From positions 162,888 to 226,887 of the forward strand of contig CDMY01001019.1 of assembly GCA_001179505.1 (NCBI GenBank): DNA of 64,000 nucleotides, in the 5' to 3' direction. Below the pieces are notes generated by a model, which did not search any database, was not told the DNA's origin, and was given only the letters and a program-made list of their open reading frames with translations. The first letter of the stretch is position 1. Each line of letters starts with the position of its first letter. This document shows, piece after piece, positions 13,538 to 25,329 of this stretch. Both the position numbers and the translations under genes were made by a program. Origin of the DNA: Vitrella brassicaformis CCMP3155. Taxonomy: Eukaryota; Protista; Chromerida.

Positions 13538-15920
13538 ATGGCTTTTCTCGGCGACTGGTATGGCTATGACTATGACCATGAAGACGATAGCCGATTGAGG
13601 CGAGAAAGTACGTGGATCTTCCCTCGCCTTGATACGTTCCTCGAATCAATCACTCTGAATCTGGTGTGTGGATGTCAATTGGTGGATGTGTGTGTAGATG
13701 TCAGTGAGACCCCTCTGAATGGACCCCGTGTGTTGGCGCTGTTCAGTGTAGAGGTTTCTGACATCGCTAAGGGCGAATCAGGTGAGCGGGTGGGGATACG
13801 CTCCTCGAGCACAGCCCCATTGGCAGCTGCCCCGGCCGGCTTGCTTGTGTTCCATCTGTGCGTGCAGTTGCCCTTGTGCTTGGCACGCGAGACCCCGTCG
13901 CCATGAGTCCCCCGTCGCCGACTTGCCCGAGGTGGTCTCTGTCTGTGGTCCTCCCTTCCAAAAGTGGAAAGCTTCATGAAGGGCTGTACAGTCGCACCGA
14001 CTTCGTAGTGAGGTGCAAGTACAGCTACGGCATCATCGGAGCCAACGGACAACTGACGCGTCGCGAAGAGGGAGGCACGCGGCGGGTGAGGGCGGGCAAG
14101 ACGCCTCATCTAGTCTTCGTCAAGGACACATATGGGATGTGGGAGGGCAAGACGGATGCGGTGTCGCTGAAACCAGCTGAAGCCTCCGCACCGACGGTGA
14201 GTGATGAGGCAACCACACACCAATGAGGCAGAGAGACACGACGACCGTGGTGCATGTGTGTGTCGATCAATCAGGGGCCCTCGTTCGTCTGGGGGTCGTC
14301 CCCTCCTCCAGCGCTCTACGCCACCGTGCCGCCCGACCAGCCCCTCACCTTGCCGCACCGAGTGAGCATCTGGCGACCCTCCACTGCTTGGTCGGCAGGC
14401 CTCTCCGAGTCGAATCTCAGCCCTAACAACGTCAGCATCGATTTCCGCGGCGCGGACCAGCTGACGAGGCAGCTGGTTGTTGGCATCGCCTGCAATGTCA
14501 TCAGTGAGGGGTCAGCCCGAGACCTCCTCCACCGAGGCGCCGAGGGCAATCAGATCGTTAGGGCGTGGTCCATCGTGTCGGCCGTCCGCGAGATGAGCCT
14601 GCCCCGACTTGCCGCAAAGCACCTGGACGAGCCCGAGGCCGTCGGCGTGATGCGCGTGCTGCTGGACGCCGGCGCCCCCAACATCCCACCAGACAGACAC
14701 AGCGACCGCGACAGCGCAGTTCGCAGGGCCGCGCTGGCCGGCAAGTGTGGTGTGCTGGACGTCATGCTGGAGCCGCAATACGGCATCTTAGCTGCCGGAC
14801 ACTGCCTGCTGGCGGCGGTGTGTCGCAGCAAGTCGGGCTCTGCCGACAAGCTGCGTGTGGTCAATGCTCGGCGAGCGGGACGTGACAGTGCTGTCGGAGA
14901 AGGGCGACGACGGGTGGCGGCCCATCCATCACTTCAGTTCAAGGCCACTGAGCGACAAGAAGCTGCAGGAGCAGCTCATCGACTAAGTACTTCGCCGAGA
15001 AGCTGGGGGCGGATGTCGTCAACACACCCGTCCAGCTCCCTCCCCCAATTCGCCCTTTCTCCGCGGACCAGGAGTGCAGGTGGCCCCTCTCCATAGCTCA
15101 TCTCGCGTACGGCAAGTACCACGACAGAGCGGATGCGACCATTGAGCGTCTCTATCGGTATGGGGCGGCGCGGCACATCAACACCACCGACAGCCAGGGC
15201 AACACGGCGCTCACAGATGCGGCAGCCCGATTAGACTGCCCCAATGAAGCCCTCGTCGGTCTGCTCGAGCACGGCGCATCTGTGGCGACTGCCGGGCTCA
15301 CACAACAGGAGCCGAGCAACTGGTGGGGGCTCCTCCGTAAGGAAGGAAGAGCCAGGCTGCTCACGGCATACTCTTCCTCCCTCAACGAGTCCATCCCCCG
15401 CCTGGCCCTGCAGACCATCAACGCGTCCCTCCGCCCATCACGCAGCCTCATGGCGTCCCTCACCCAGCCGGTCCCCCTCCGCAGCCGCACCATCGCCCTG
15501 CCGTCTGACGTCCTGACGACCATCAACAGCTATCTCGCCCCCACCAACCAGACCGACAGCCCGCCCCCTCCCATTCCCATCGGCGATGAGCCTATCGGCA
15601 CACAAATCAACCAAGCTGTGCGCCAGTACGCCCTGATCGCAGCGCGTGTGATGTGCCTGCCGGTGAAGCAGCAGCAGGAGGGCAGCCAGGAGCGTCCGCA
15701 GGGGCACGGCAACGTTCGTGTGGTGGGGAGGCCCGGCGTCGCTGCGCTGCGATGCTTCGCCGTGGGGGGCGCCCCCCAGCCGCAGCAGCGGATGGGTGTG
15801 TGCGAGGTCATCGCTCGGGCAGTGAGGCTGGAGGCGTCGCGATACGGCATCGGCGTGACCCTCCGCCACAACGTCATCAACAATGACGCCCATGTGCTGG
15901 GCGCATTGGCGGTCGTGTAG
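13538..15920 (+). pseudogene. Ankyrin-repeat gene (lineage-expanded type) with two frameshifts
   Basis: Three short 5' exons then a long exon with ankyrin-like segments (VMRVLLDAGA, SAVRRAALAGKCGVLDVML, GDDGWRPIHHF, INTTDSQGNTALTDAA, LLEHGASV). The coding frame shifts +1 at ~14863 and again at ~14984 (in-frame TAA 14984-14986). C-terminus LPSDVLTTINSYL..EVIARAVRLEASRYGI. Confidence 0.65.
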
Positions 15921-16251
15921 CGACAGATCTATAGACCAGACAGGCTGTCTGGCGATCTTTCGGTAGGTAGAGGGGCTTCTTGTTGACGGACTGATTGCGT
16001 TCGTTTGCCCGAAGGGTTCCTGCATGGTGTAGATACATACGTTGCATATATATATATGTGTGGGTCTGACGTGTGGTGTGTGCGCATGTGAGCTCTGGAT
16101 GTGTGTCTCGCTGCCAACTGTCGTGCCTTTCTCTCCCCCACATCTCCTTTATCGAGCTGCCTGTCTGTCTGTCTGTGGTGCCTGTGGTGCGGTGCAAGTG
16201 CGACGTGAGTGTATTCGTGGATGCGACGCGATAGCATTTTGACCTCTGCGA

Positions 16252-16297
16252 TAAGATTGAACACTTTATCGGTAGCACAAAGAAGTGTTCAATCTTA
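16252..16297. repeat. Perfect 15-bp inverted repeat (hairpin, 16-nt loop)
   Basis: taagattgaacactt (16252-16266) / aagtgttcaatctta (16283-16297). Confidence 0.85.
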
Positions 16298-16489
16298 CGA
16301 AAAAATCATCAACGGCTCACGCATGCGTCCGATGCCACAAGCAGTGCTGCTTGTGCTATCGCATCACGGCCTCCACGAAGGATTGCCTCTTAAGTGAATG
16401 CACGCAATGGGCATTGCAAACACGTGAAGATACCCCTTCTTGCGCAGAGGTTTGGTTTCTCACTCACATGATACTGGTCTGAGATCCCC

Positions 16490-16800
16490 GTCAGATCTCT
16501 CGCTAAAGAGCACTTTGTTGACAGCGATGATGGGCATGGCGACCAAGTATTTGCATACTACTCGCCGATTGATTGAGAGCTTCAGCGGCACACCGATTGA
16601 TATCAATTGATCCACACGATTCATACCTTGAAAGACACGCACAGACAATGGCAGATAACATCGAAAGAGATGTCCACACAGACAGACAGACAGGCAGGCA
16701 GGCAGCTTACCCTTAACCACCACCACGGTGACCCACGGATTAGAGAATTCTGCGACGGCGGCATATGGATGTATAGTGTACACAACTGCACTGGCACAAC
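16490..16800 (+). repeat. Dispersed repeat family A, copy 1 (inverted copy at ~50600-50875; partial copy ~12497-12565)
   Basis: Clear reverse-complement homology, e.g. gcgatgatgggcatggcgaccaagtatttgcat, ccacacgattcataccttgaaagacacgc, gaattctgcgacggcggcat; includes an intron-like GTAAG..AG segment. Confidence 0.8.
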
Positions 16801-17039
16801 TGAGGCGTCCATCCAAATTTACGGTGTTGACGTTCGCCTTGGAGGTTGACGCGTGTATTAATCCATCCAACGAATTTGCATTGTCATGTGCCTTGCCTTG
16901 CCGAATGAATGCACGCGACAGGTGGCACTGCGGGCAACAGGGCCACATACGGAGCGGCTGACAAGGCCAACACTACCAACCCCATCGAAGGCCCCCTTCG
17001 CTTGTTTCCTCTCCCTCGTCACCTTTGGCTTTGGCTTTG

Positions 17040-17205
17040 CTTTGCTTTGCTTTGGATTGATTGTCTCCCCTCCGTCGTGGCCTTTCGCCTTGGGCCTTGC
17101 TTTGCTTTGGATTGATTGTTTCCCTTCCGTCGTGGCCTTTCACAGGGTTTCGGTTTGCTTAGGTTTGTTTGGGTTTGCTTAGGTTTGCTGGGTTTGCTTT
17201 GGGGG
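17040..17205. repeat. T/G-rich tandem duplication and degenerate telomere-like repeats
   Basis: ~45-bp unit ttgctttgctttggattgattgt(c/t)tccc(c/t)tccgtcgtggcctttc x2, followed by gggtttgcttaggtttg arrays. Confidence 0.6.
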
Positions 17206-17495
17206 CTGTACCCGCTGCATGCCTCCATCGAAGAGCATTAAGAGTTCAGAATACATTAACCAGGCTTGGTTGATCAGTGAACAGGCAATAGCGAGGCACA
17301 TGTCGAGGAGAGACACATCATATGACACGTGCGATGCTGGCCGAGTATTGCGTATACCCCACAGCCGACAAATGCACCCGCCACGAAACTATGCCCAACC
17401 TGGTGGCCATTGGAGGAGGGTCACCGAGCACACATTGTAGAAATGATTGTATTCGGCCATATATGTGAGGCTGGTGGGCGTGCCACATCACACCA

Positions 17496-18481
17496 CTAAG
17501 CAGCCGTGACGCCACGACGCTTCCAAGTCATCTTCCCATCGATCAACCGCCTCTTCCGCCCTGCGTCCATTCGTCCATCACCACACCACATAGACCGGCA
17601 GCAAGCCAACGCTTCTCGCATCATACACCCCCACCACCAGCACCCTGCTGCTGGCCCGACGAGCCCTGCTGAGAGTGAGCGTCGACAGCCTCGCTTGAGC
17701 CCCACCTGTGCACCTGCACGCCATGCCATCCATCCATCCATCCATCCATCCATATAGAGAGAGAGAGGAGAGGAGTAGAAGACACACAATATTCGTCTCT
17801 CCTGACCGTTGCAGCCACGTCAGAGACACCTGAAGAAGACGCGTGACAAATACAGTATACATACATGGGGGCCGCTTTGTCGACTACGCTGATGTGCGTA
17901 CTTTCTGACACGATCGAGGAGACCGCACTTGCGCCTGGCAGACAGACACACAGACACACAGACACACAGACACACAGAACGAACGCTCAGAGTGCACCCA
18001 CCAATCAACACGAAAGAGTACAGTAGGTGCATGATGCCACACCATACCAGATAAGGCGAGCTGGGACATCCTGCGGCCTGCTGTCCGAATCGCCACGTCG
18101 GGATTCTGCACCTCATGAGACAGCTGCAGCCAGCCACCAAGCCAGTGAGTGCAGTGCACCCAACAAAACAATCCCAAACCGACACACTGCAGTGGAGGCT
18201 CCAGCCACGACTCCGGCACCCACACACTCACCGTATCAATGGTGTTCATGACAGACGCCGTCACGAGTGTCAGGCCAGTCGGGCGCCGCTCAATGCGCTG
18301 CACGGTGAGGGGTCTCCTCTCGCCCTTCCTGCCGGGCCACACAATGGTGCGGGCGGCCACCCTCTCGGCCGCTGGGGGGTCGCAGAAGACCACGCAGAAG
18401 CCATTCTTGACCTGCTGGGAGGCCACGCGCTGCACACGAATCACAGGGGCCACCCAGCAGAGCTGCATGACAGCCACACAA

Positions 18482-18512
<31 letters not shown>

Positions 18513-18745
18513 GAGAGGGATGGAGGGAGTGGCAACACGCGCAGAGTCCTTACCAGGTTGAAGACGGCGGTTTCATCGACGCTTGAAGGGAAGTCGGATA
18601 TCACGAGGGTGGAGTTGACGTCAAAACCTGCAGGCTGCAATACATACGTACAGAAAGGGAAGGAGGCCAAGGACAGGCGCTGCCTGCTCGGCAACTAGCT
18701 GCTCGAGCTCTCCCGTGACCTACTCACCTCTTTGAAGGCCTTCAT
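17496..18745 (-). CDS. RRM-like RNA-binding protein (spliced; 3' end uncertain)
   Basis: MKAFKE|PAGFDVNSTLVISDFPSSVDETAVFNL|..LCWVAPVIRVQRVASQQVKNGFCVVFCDPPAAERV..LTVQRI; RNP2-like LVISDF and RNP1-like NGFCVVF. Confidence 0.5.
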
Positions 18746-18796
18746 CTCATTTTTACTCCTGAGTTCTTTTCAACGGCAAACGGTAGGTGGATCGCC

Positions 18797-19759
18797 ATGT
18801 AGATCTTGCTTTGACGTGCTTCACAGCCGCTCACACGTCGATTAAGTCGAATCGAACTGCACGTATGGGTCTGGGTCTGTCCCAAGTCGCCTACTGGCGG
18901 TACACGGGTGCACTAAGCCGGAACACATGCAGCTCCCCGCAGCGGCTATTAGTCTCGCGAAATGCGGTGATACGACAAGAAGCGACCAACACAAAGAGGC
19001 AACAGACAGGCATCAACCCCCACCCACACCCAACGAAACGTTACAGACACATGGCACAGACATCAGATCAAACCCAGCACACACATTACACATATGATTG
19101 ATCCCTCCTCCTGTATGCACAATCTCCCCGACTTGTACGTACGAGAAAGAGCAGACCACAGCATAGTATATAGCCAGAACAGTCGTCACCGTGCCTCTGG
19201 CGCAGACACGACAACACAGCCAGACACAGTAAGCAAACAACAACAGGCAAAAGAGACAGTCAAACCGATATACCGAGGCCAACAAGACACAGTCTTGGGA
19301 CGGTCCTGGTCAGGGCATAATGCATCCAGCCATCCACAAAGGATCATCTGAACGATTGGGCCTCAACCAGACGCAACACAAACACCACCGACGCGGTGCC
19401 TATGACGGTCGAACATCCAGGCGCTCAGGTCAGCAGGAGAAACCGGGAAACCCCCTTGCCACGTCCACCACACCAGCATCATCTTGGGTGTCGTTGTTCG
19501 TCACCTAGATACAGGTAGGCCCTTGCATGACGAAGGGGAGGAAGAAGGGGGCGTCAGTCGAACCAGCGGGGTCTTGTGAGCACCAGATCCACCAGATCTC
19601 GCATAGCTCCACGACTGGAACGCCCACGCTACGTGCAGGGAAGGCTCACAAGGCGGAGGGGAGAGGGAGAAGAAGGGACGAAGAAGATGTTTCAGACGGA
19701 ACGCCACAAGAATGGATCTCCGCCTATCGGATGTAGATCTTGCTTTGACGTGCTTCACA
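18797..19759 (+). repeat. Exact 29-bp direct repeat (18797-18825 and 19731-19759)
   Basis: atgtagatcttgctttgacgtgcttcaca occurs twice, each copy close to the start of one of two divergent genes. Confidence 0.9.
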
Positions 19760-19833
19760 ACCTCAAACCGCTGCTGCCAAGCTCAAGCTTGGCGTCATCT
19801 TTCCTCGAGATAGATAGGCAGATAGCGGTATTA

Positions 19834-22800
19834 ATGGCGTCATCTTCTTCATCGAGCAGCCCGCGGTGTGAGATCTCCAATGCCTTTCGCCTCGTGCAGT
19901 TCAAGGAGGTGCTGAAGGAGCGCAACAAGATGCCTGCCCTGAAGCAGGCGCTCACGCCCGATTCGGATACCCTCAAGGACACCATCCAGGCCGTCTCACG
20001 CGGAGCCGGCAGTGGCAGCAAGGAGGGAGGAAACAAACCCCACCTCTTCTCCTCAGGTCGGTCCGGCTGTCGGTGGGGGGGGAGATAGATAGATAGATCG
20101 AAGATGCCTGACACACGACATACAGACAGCTACACAACTGCATGTGTGTGTTGATATACAGGTCTTGGTGGTGTGTCCGGCACGATTCACTGCCGGAATC
20201 AGGCGGCGCTGTGGGACTCGGCGGCGCACTGTGTGTTGGAAGGAGGGGTGGACCCCCGCCTGGCTGTCGTGGAGATCGTAGACCACCGACACCCTGTCAG
20301 GTTCGCCACACCCCTCTCGGAGAAATGCTACTCGCTCGTTCTCAACGACACCAAACATATTGACGATAGAGTGAGTCAAGGAATGAATGAATGAATGGGG
20401 TTTCCGGTGGGTCTTCACGTATGGCTGCCTGCCTGGCTGGCTGCGTGCCGTGTGGGCGGGGCGGGGTGGGCTTGTGCGGATGGATGGCTGCAGTTGCCCG
20501 TGGTACTGGGCGAGTACACAGGGGTGGTGTGCAAACCGCAGGTGGACGAAACGGGGCAGGAGAACACCACTTACGTATTCAGACTCGGTACGCCACCAAC
20601 CCACTACACGCGCCCCGCCCATTCGTCAATCATCTCATCTCATGTCCTGTCACGTGCTCCCCTCGCAACACCCACGCGCGTATGCAGAGTTCGACCCTCG
20701 AGCTGTCCATGGCGACAAGTCGCGGGTAGCTTCTGTCCGCGGCGACCATGGGTCTGTTGGGGGCCCACGCGGCCGCAAGCAGCAGCTGGTGCTGCCACAC
20801 GATGACGAGTGGGTCGTGGACGCGTCACGGTTCCACAACGAAATGGGTCAGTCCGTCCGTTCGTTCGTTCGTTCAAGATGCGTGCACATCGATCGCGACG
20901 CAATGTGTGCATCGGGCCGGCTTGCTCACTCTCCCTCCTTCCCTCCCTCCCTCCCTGTGTGGATGTGTGTCTTTGCTGCTCAGCGTTGGTGAATCACTGT
21001 GAGGCGATCGACCTGTGCGCCAACCCCAACGGGTTCAAAAACCTCCACGTCAACGCCTGCTGGCATCAGGTACCTACACACATACACCTACGTACGTGCA
21101 TACCAAGGCAGCCCACCGGCCGGTGCTGAATGTACGGATGGATGGCTGCATCAGTCAGGGTCGCTCTCTGGGGCTGTGGGGGGCTGTGGATGTATGTATG
21201 CATCTGCAGATATACGAGGACGGGTGGCCCCACGTGGTGTTGTGTACCATTCCCGGAGTGCGCATATACCCGGGGGTGAGTGGAGAAATGGATGGCCAAC
21301 ACATACATACATACATACATACATACATGCGCACACAGATACACGCGGCTCGTGCCTCTCCGTCTGTTTGTCTGTGTGTCTGTTTGTCTGTGTGTCTGTC
21401 TGTCTGTGTGTCAGGATGAGATCGTCGCCGACTTCGGTCGTCTGTGGTTCGATCGTGTGCGTGAGCTGGCCATCCGGGGACTGCGCAACGAGCTGCTGAC
21501 CGCACGCCTCCTCCGCGCCGAAGCTCAGGGTGAGCGATGCGGCATCCGTACACACAGCCACACGTGCACCTGTTTGCGCACGCACTGCAGGCATCCCGGC
21601 CATCCCGGCCTCCAGTGACGCCGACGCCAGTGACCAGGACCCGTTCGGCGAGACGTCGCCCGAGCACACCCTGTGCGGCATCTGCCAGCAGCCCGACCCC
21701 CACCCCATCGGCACGTCCGACCAGATGAGGGATGAGGATGACATCTCAATCGCAGGAGGGCCGCCACTGGGCGCCACTGGCTCGATAGTGTGCGACGGGT
21801 GTGCCTTTCCCTTCCACCTGCACTGCCTGGGACTGGAGCCCAACGACACGCCACCAGGTACCTGTGCTGGCGGACAGACAGACAGACAGACAGGGAGGGA
21901 GGGAGGGAGGGACGCATGCACACGACTCACAGACGACAGCCACACTCGCCTCAAGATTTGATGTTTCCTGTGGTGTCTGTTGCAGATGACGTAGAGTGGT
22001 TCTGTCCCAACTGCGTGGCGCTTAGCGAGTGAGCGACTGACTGACTCGCCTACACACAGTCCCGCCGACATGGCTGTCTGTCTGTGGAATGAATGTGTCG
22101 GTCAGGCGTGTGGCTGACGCCGTGTCGGGTGGCAACAAGAATGATCCCCTCTCAGTCCGGCGGCTCCGTCGCGTCCACTCGGCCGCCTACAACGCAGACC
22201 ACCGCCCCGTCCGTCACCCAACCTACAGATGGTTGCACCAGAGAATGAATGCTCGTGTGACATCCGCCTACATATGTATGTCTCCCTGTTTGCGTCTGTG
22301 TCTGTGTGTGCAGGGGGGCTGCACGCTCAACATGAAGCAGCCGCTGGTGCAGGGGGGCAGCCGGGGTGTCAGGGGCGTCGCGAGCGCCCACCTCAGTGAC
22401 GACGCATTCTCGATGCTCAAGCCGTGCGGCGCCTGCAAGAAGCGCAAGAAAGGCGCAGACCCAGAGGGACTTCACATCAACTGCAGGTGGGTCGGTGGGT
22501 GGGGTGGGTGAGTCAGAGGAGGAGTCTCTCTCTCGCGCGCGTCGCGTGCTACGTGCATACGCCTGCGCCGGTGCGGGTGTGTGTGTGTGTGTGCGCGCTG
22601 CACGCATGGTGCGGTGCCTCCATCTGGGCCCGCGATTACGACGCTAACAGGGACCAGACCGAACGCGACGTCGCCCAAAACACTATCGGCGCACGTAATA
22701 AGGAGGCCTGCTGAATATCTATCATTCATTCACACGCCACACATGCATTCCTTCTTTTCCCCCTCTCTCTGTGACGATTGTGCATTCAGTGGTCCGGGCC

Positions 22801-23891
22801 TACACGAACGTGCGGTCGCGTGACGGGTCTGCCCGCAAGGGCGACAAGCAGCGGCGCCAAAGGCAGAACAAGAGCACATTGCAGCACAAGAGCCTCGCCG
22901 CGGCCGCCGCGGCTGACCACAGACAAGGTCGGCCAGCTCACCAATACAGCATGCGTTCCTTTACCGTCATGTCGTGTGCCGCGTCCGTCCGTGTGTGTGC
23001 AGCGTCCGAAGTTGGTGGGGCGCTAGGTGGTGGGGGCGAGAAGTGGCAGGCGGTGGAAGGCTGGATTCCCCTGCTGGGCATCTGCATCAACAAGACCGCA
23101 ATCGAGCGGAAATTTGCGATGGGGGCGTTTGAGGTGCGCGCGATTGCGTTCACGCAGTCCGTGGGTGTCTGTGGATTGTGTGCATTGTTGTGTTGTGTTG
23201 TGTGCAGGGTCGTGTTGAGGGCGTGGGGGAGCGTGGCTACTTGGACATCAAGTACTCGGATGGCGACGACGAGTCCGTCGATGCCGAGAGCCTGCAGAAG
23301 ATCCTTCGCGACTGGCTCCAGGACAACAGCATGTCCGCCAAGACGCGCAAGGAAATCATCACCTCACTCATGATCGACAAACAGGTGGATGGGTCGGTGG
23401 GTCGATGGGAAGGAGAGTCAACACCGCAGCACAGAAAGAACACCACGCACTGGCTCTCTGGAACGGACGTAAAAACGAATATGCAAATCGAATGTGTCGA
23501 TCGATGGATGCAGGTGATCGAGAAATATATGATGCGGACGGTTCCCGTCCGCTTATTGGGCGGCGGCTCGACGCTGCACGACGACGACTCAGACTTTGGG
23601 GACGACGACGACAGACACAGCGGCAACGGCAGCAAGGGCAGCAGCAACAAGCGGAGCAAGCCCGCGCACCCCTCCCCTTCCCCGCCTCCATTCCATGAGT
23701 TTTCGGGCACTCCTTCTGTGCCCATCGTCAAGGGCAGGAGCAGCCAGGCCCCCCGCAAGCAGGCGATCAACCGTGGGCGGCGGGAGAGGCGCGGCAAGGA
23801 CAGCCGTGGTGCCATGGAGGTGGACGGCGAGAGGTCGCCCGGTAGCTGCGTGCCGTCTGGCAACATCGACAACCTTATGGGAATCGAGTGA
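19834..23891 (+). CDS. SET-domain + PHD finger + Tudor-like chromatin protein (multi-exon)
   Basis: SET: VLGEYTGVV..YVFRL..VVDASRFHNEM|ALVNHC..GWPHVVLCTIPGVRIYPG|DEIVADFGRLWFD. PHD: CGICQQ..IVCDGCAFPFHLHCLGL..P|DDVEWFCPNC. Tudor-like: KFAMGAFE|GRVEGVGERGYLDIKYSDGDDESVD. Confidence 0.8.
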
Positions 23892-25033
23892 ATGGATGGA
23901 TGGATGGATGGATGGATGGGAATCGAGTGAATGGATGGATGGATGGATGGACGGATGAAGGGATGGGCCGGGCTACCTGTATCCACATACATACATACAT
24001 ACATGCGAAATCGCATACACGCATATGTGGTGACCGGTTGGTGGGGTGTTTTTTATCTAGAGACGGGGGGCGGATGGACGGATGGATACTCCTGCCCTTT
24101 TATCCCTCCCTCCCTCCCTGTCTGCCTGCATGCCTGCCTGCCTGTGTGCGTGCCATCTGCTGCGTTTATTTTCGTGCGTGCTCTCGCTTTTTCCCTTCCG
24201 CCATTCGGCGGCGTGGGCTGTGACAGGGGACAGATATCTTTTTGGCAGTGTCCCATCAATCACAGCTGATTGCATTGGACAGACGGGTGTAGAGAGCACC
24301 TGCACGCGTTGACAGCCAGGTGAGTGTGGGAGCTGGCTGGGGATGGTTGTTCGTGCCTAGCCTGTTATCGATCCTTTTAGCTATGAAAGGCCATATATAT
24401 TTATTTGTCTATGTAGGGTGTGTGCCCCATGAAAATTGACTGCATGATGAAATGCGCTCTCTCTTGCGACAGCTTTGGTGATCAAGTGGCAATGCGTCCC
24501 CAGATGAGTGGTGTGTCCATCCATACGTACTTAGTGCCTCACTGGATCGGCACCAAATCCCTCGGCCATTATGTGGTAGTGTTCACACACGGGATCGGAG
24601 CACACATCCAGACAGCCACACGTGTGAACAGAGCCTCTCAGTTTGAAGTGCACGCATACACAAACGCACACACACTCACACTCATACTCTCGCGACATCG
24701 ATCGGTTCGTGGATGCATGTCATTCATCCCAGACTGCACAAACCACACGCAAATGCACCCACCTTATATAGTTAACCAGAACACACTCAGACACGATGCA
24801 CTCACACCGACCCACAGGCAGGCAGGCAGGCAGGCGGGCGGGCGATAAAGATTGATATGTCTTTCTCGGTCTGCCGTAGGCGACCGATTGAATGAGCGGC
24901 GTAATCGATGTGATCGATGTACGTACGTACGCGTTGTGACTGTGTGATCGATGTGATCGATGGCTGACTGTACACACAGTCACAGCACCCAACGGCCTCC
25001 ATCGAGTCAGGCAGACAGACAAGCAGCTCACTC

Positions 25034-25294
25034 ATGGTCATGTCTCTGTGGCCGCTCGTCTGTGTGAGTCTCTGGCTCATCTGCCCCGCCGCTGTCCACT
25101 CGTACGAGCGCACCAACACACACCACAATAGCCACCGCACACTCGTCGGCCGCGATGGACTGCCCGTGCACATCAGCTTCCAACACAACAAAGTCGCACC
25201 GTATCCCGTCGCTGGGTGGGCGGGCTCATTCACAACACAAGAGAGGGAGACATTCATTCACTCACTCACGCACTCACTCATGTTCGCTCGTGAG

Positions 25295-25329
<35 letters not shown>

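Noticed and set aside
23879-23950. Duplicated gggaatcgagtgaatggatg covering the SET stop codon
   Set aside because: Explained by slippage within the adjacent (GGAT)n microsatellite
24218-24268. Stem-loop gctgtga..gggaca..tgtccc..tcacagc in the SET 3' region
   Set aside because: Lacks the SECIS AUGA/GA quartet and other diagnostic features; imperfect stem likely by chance
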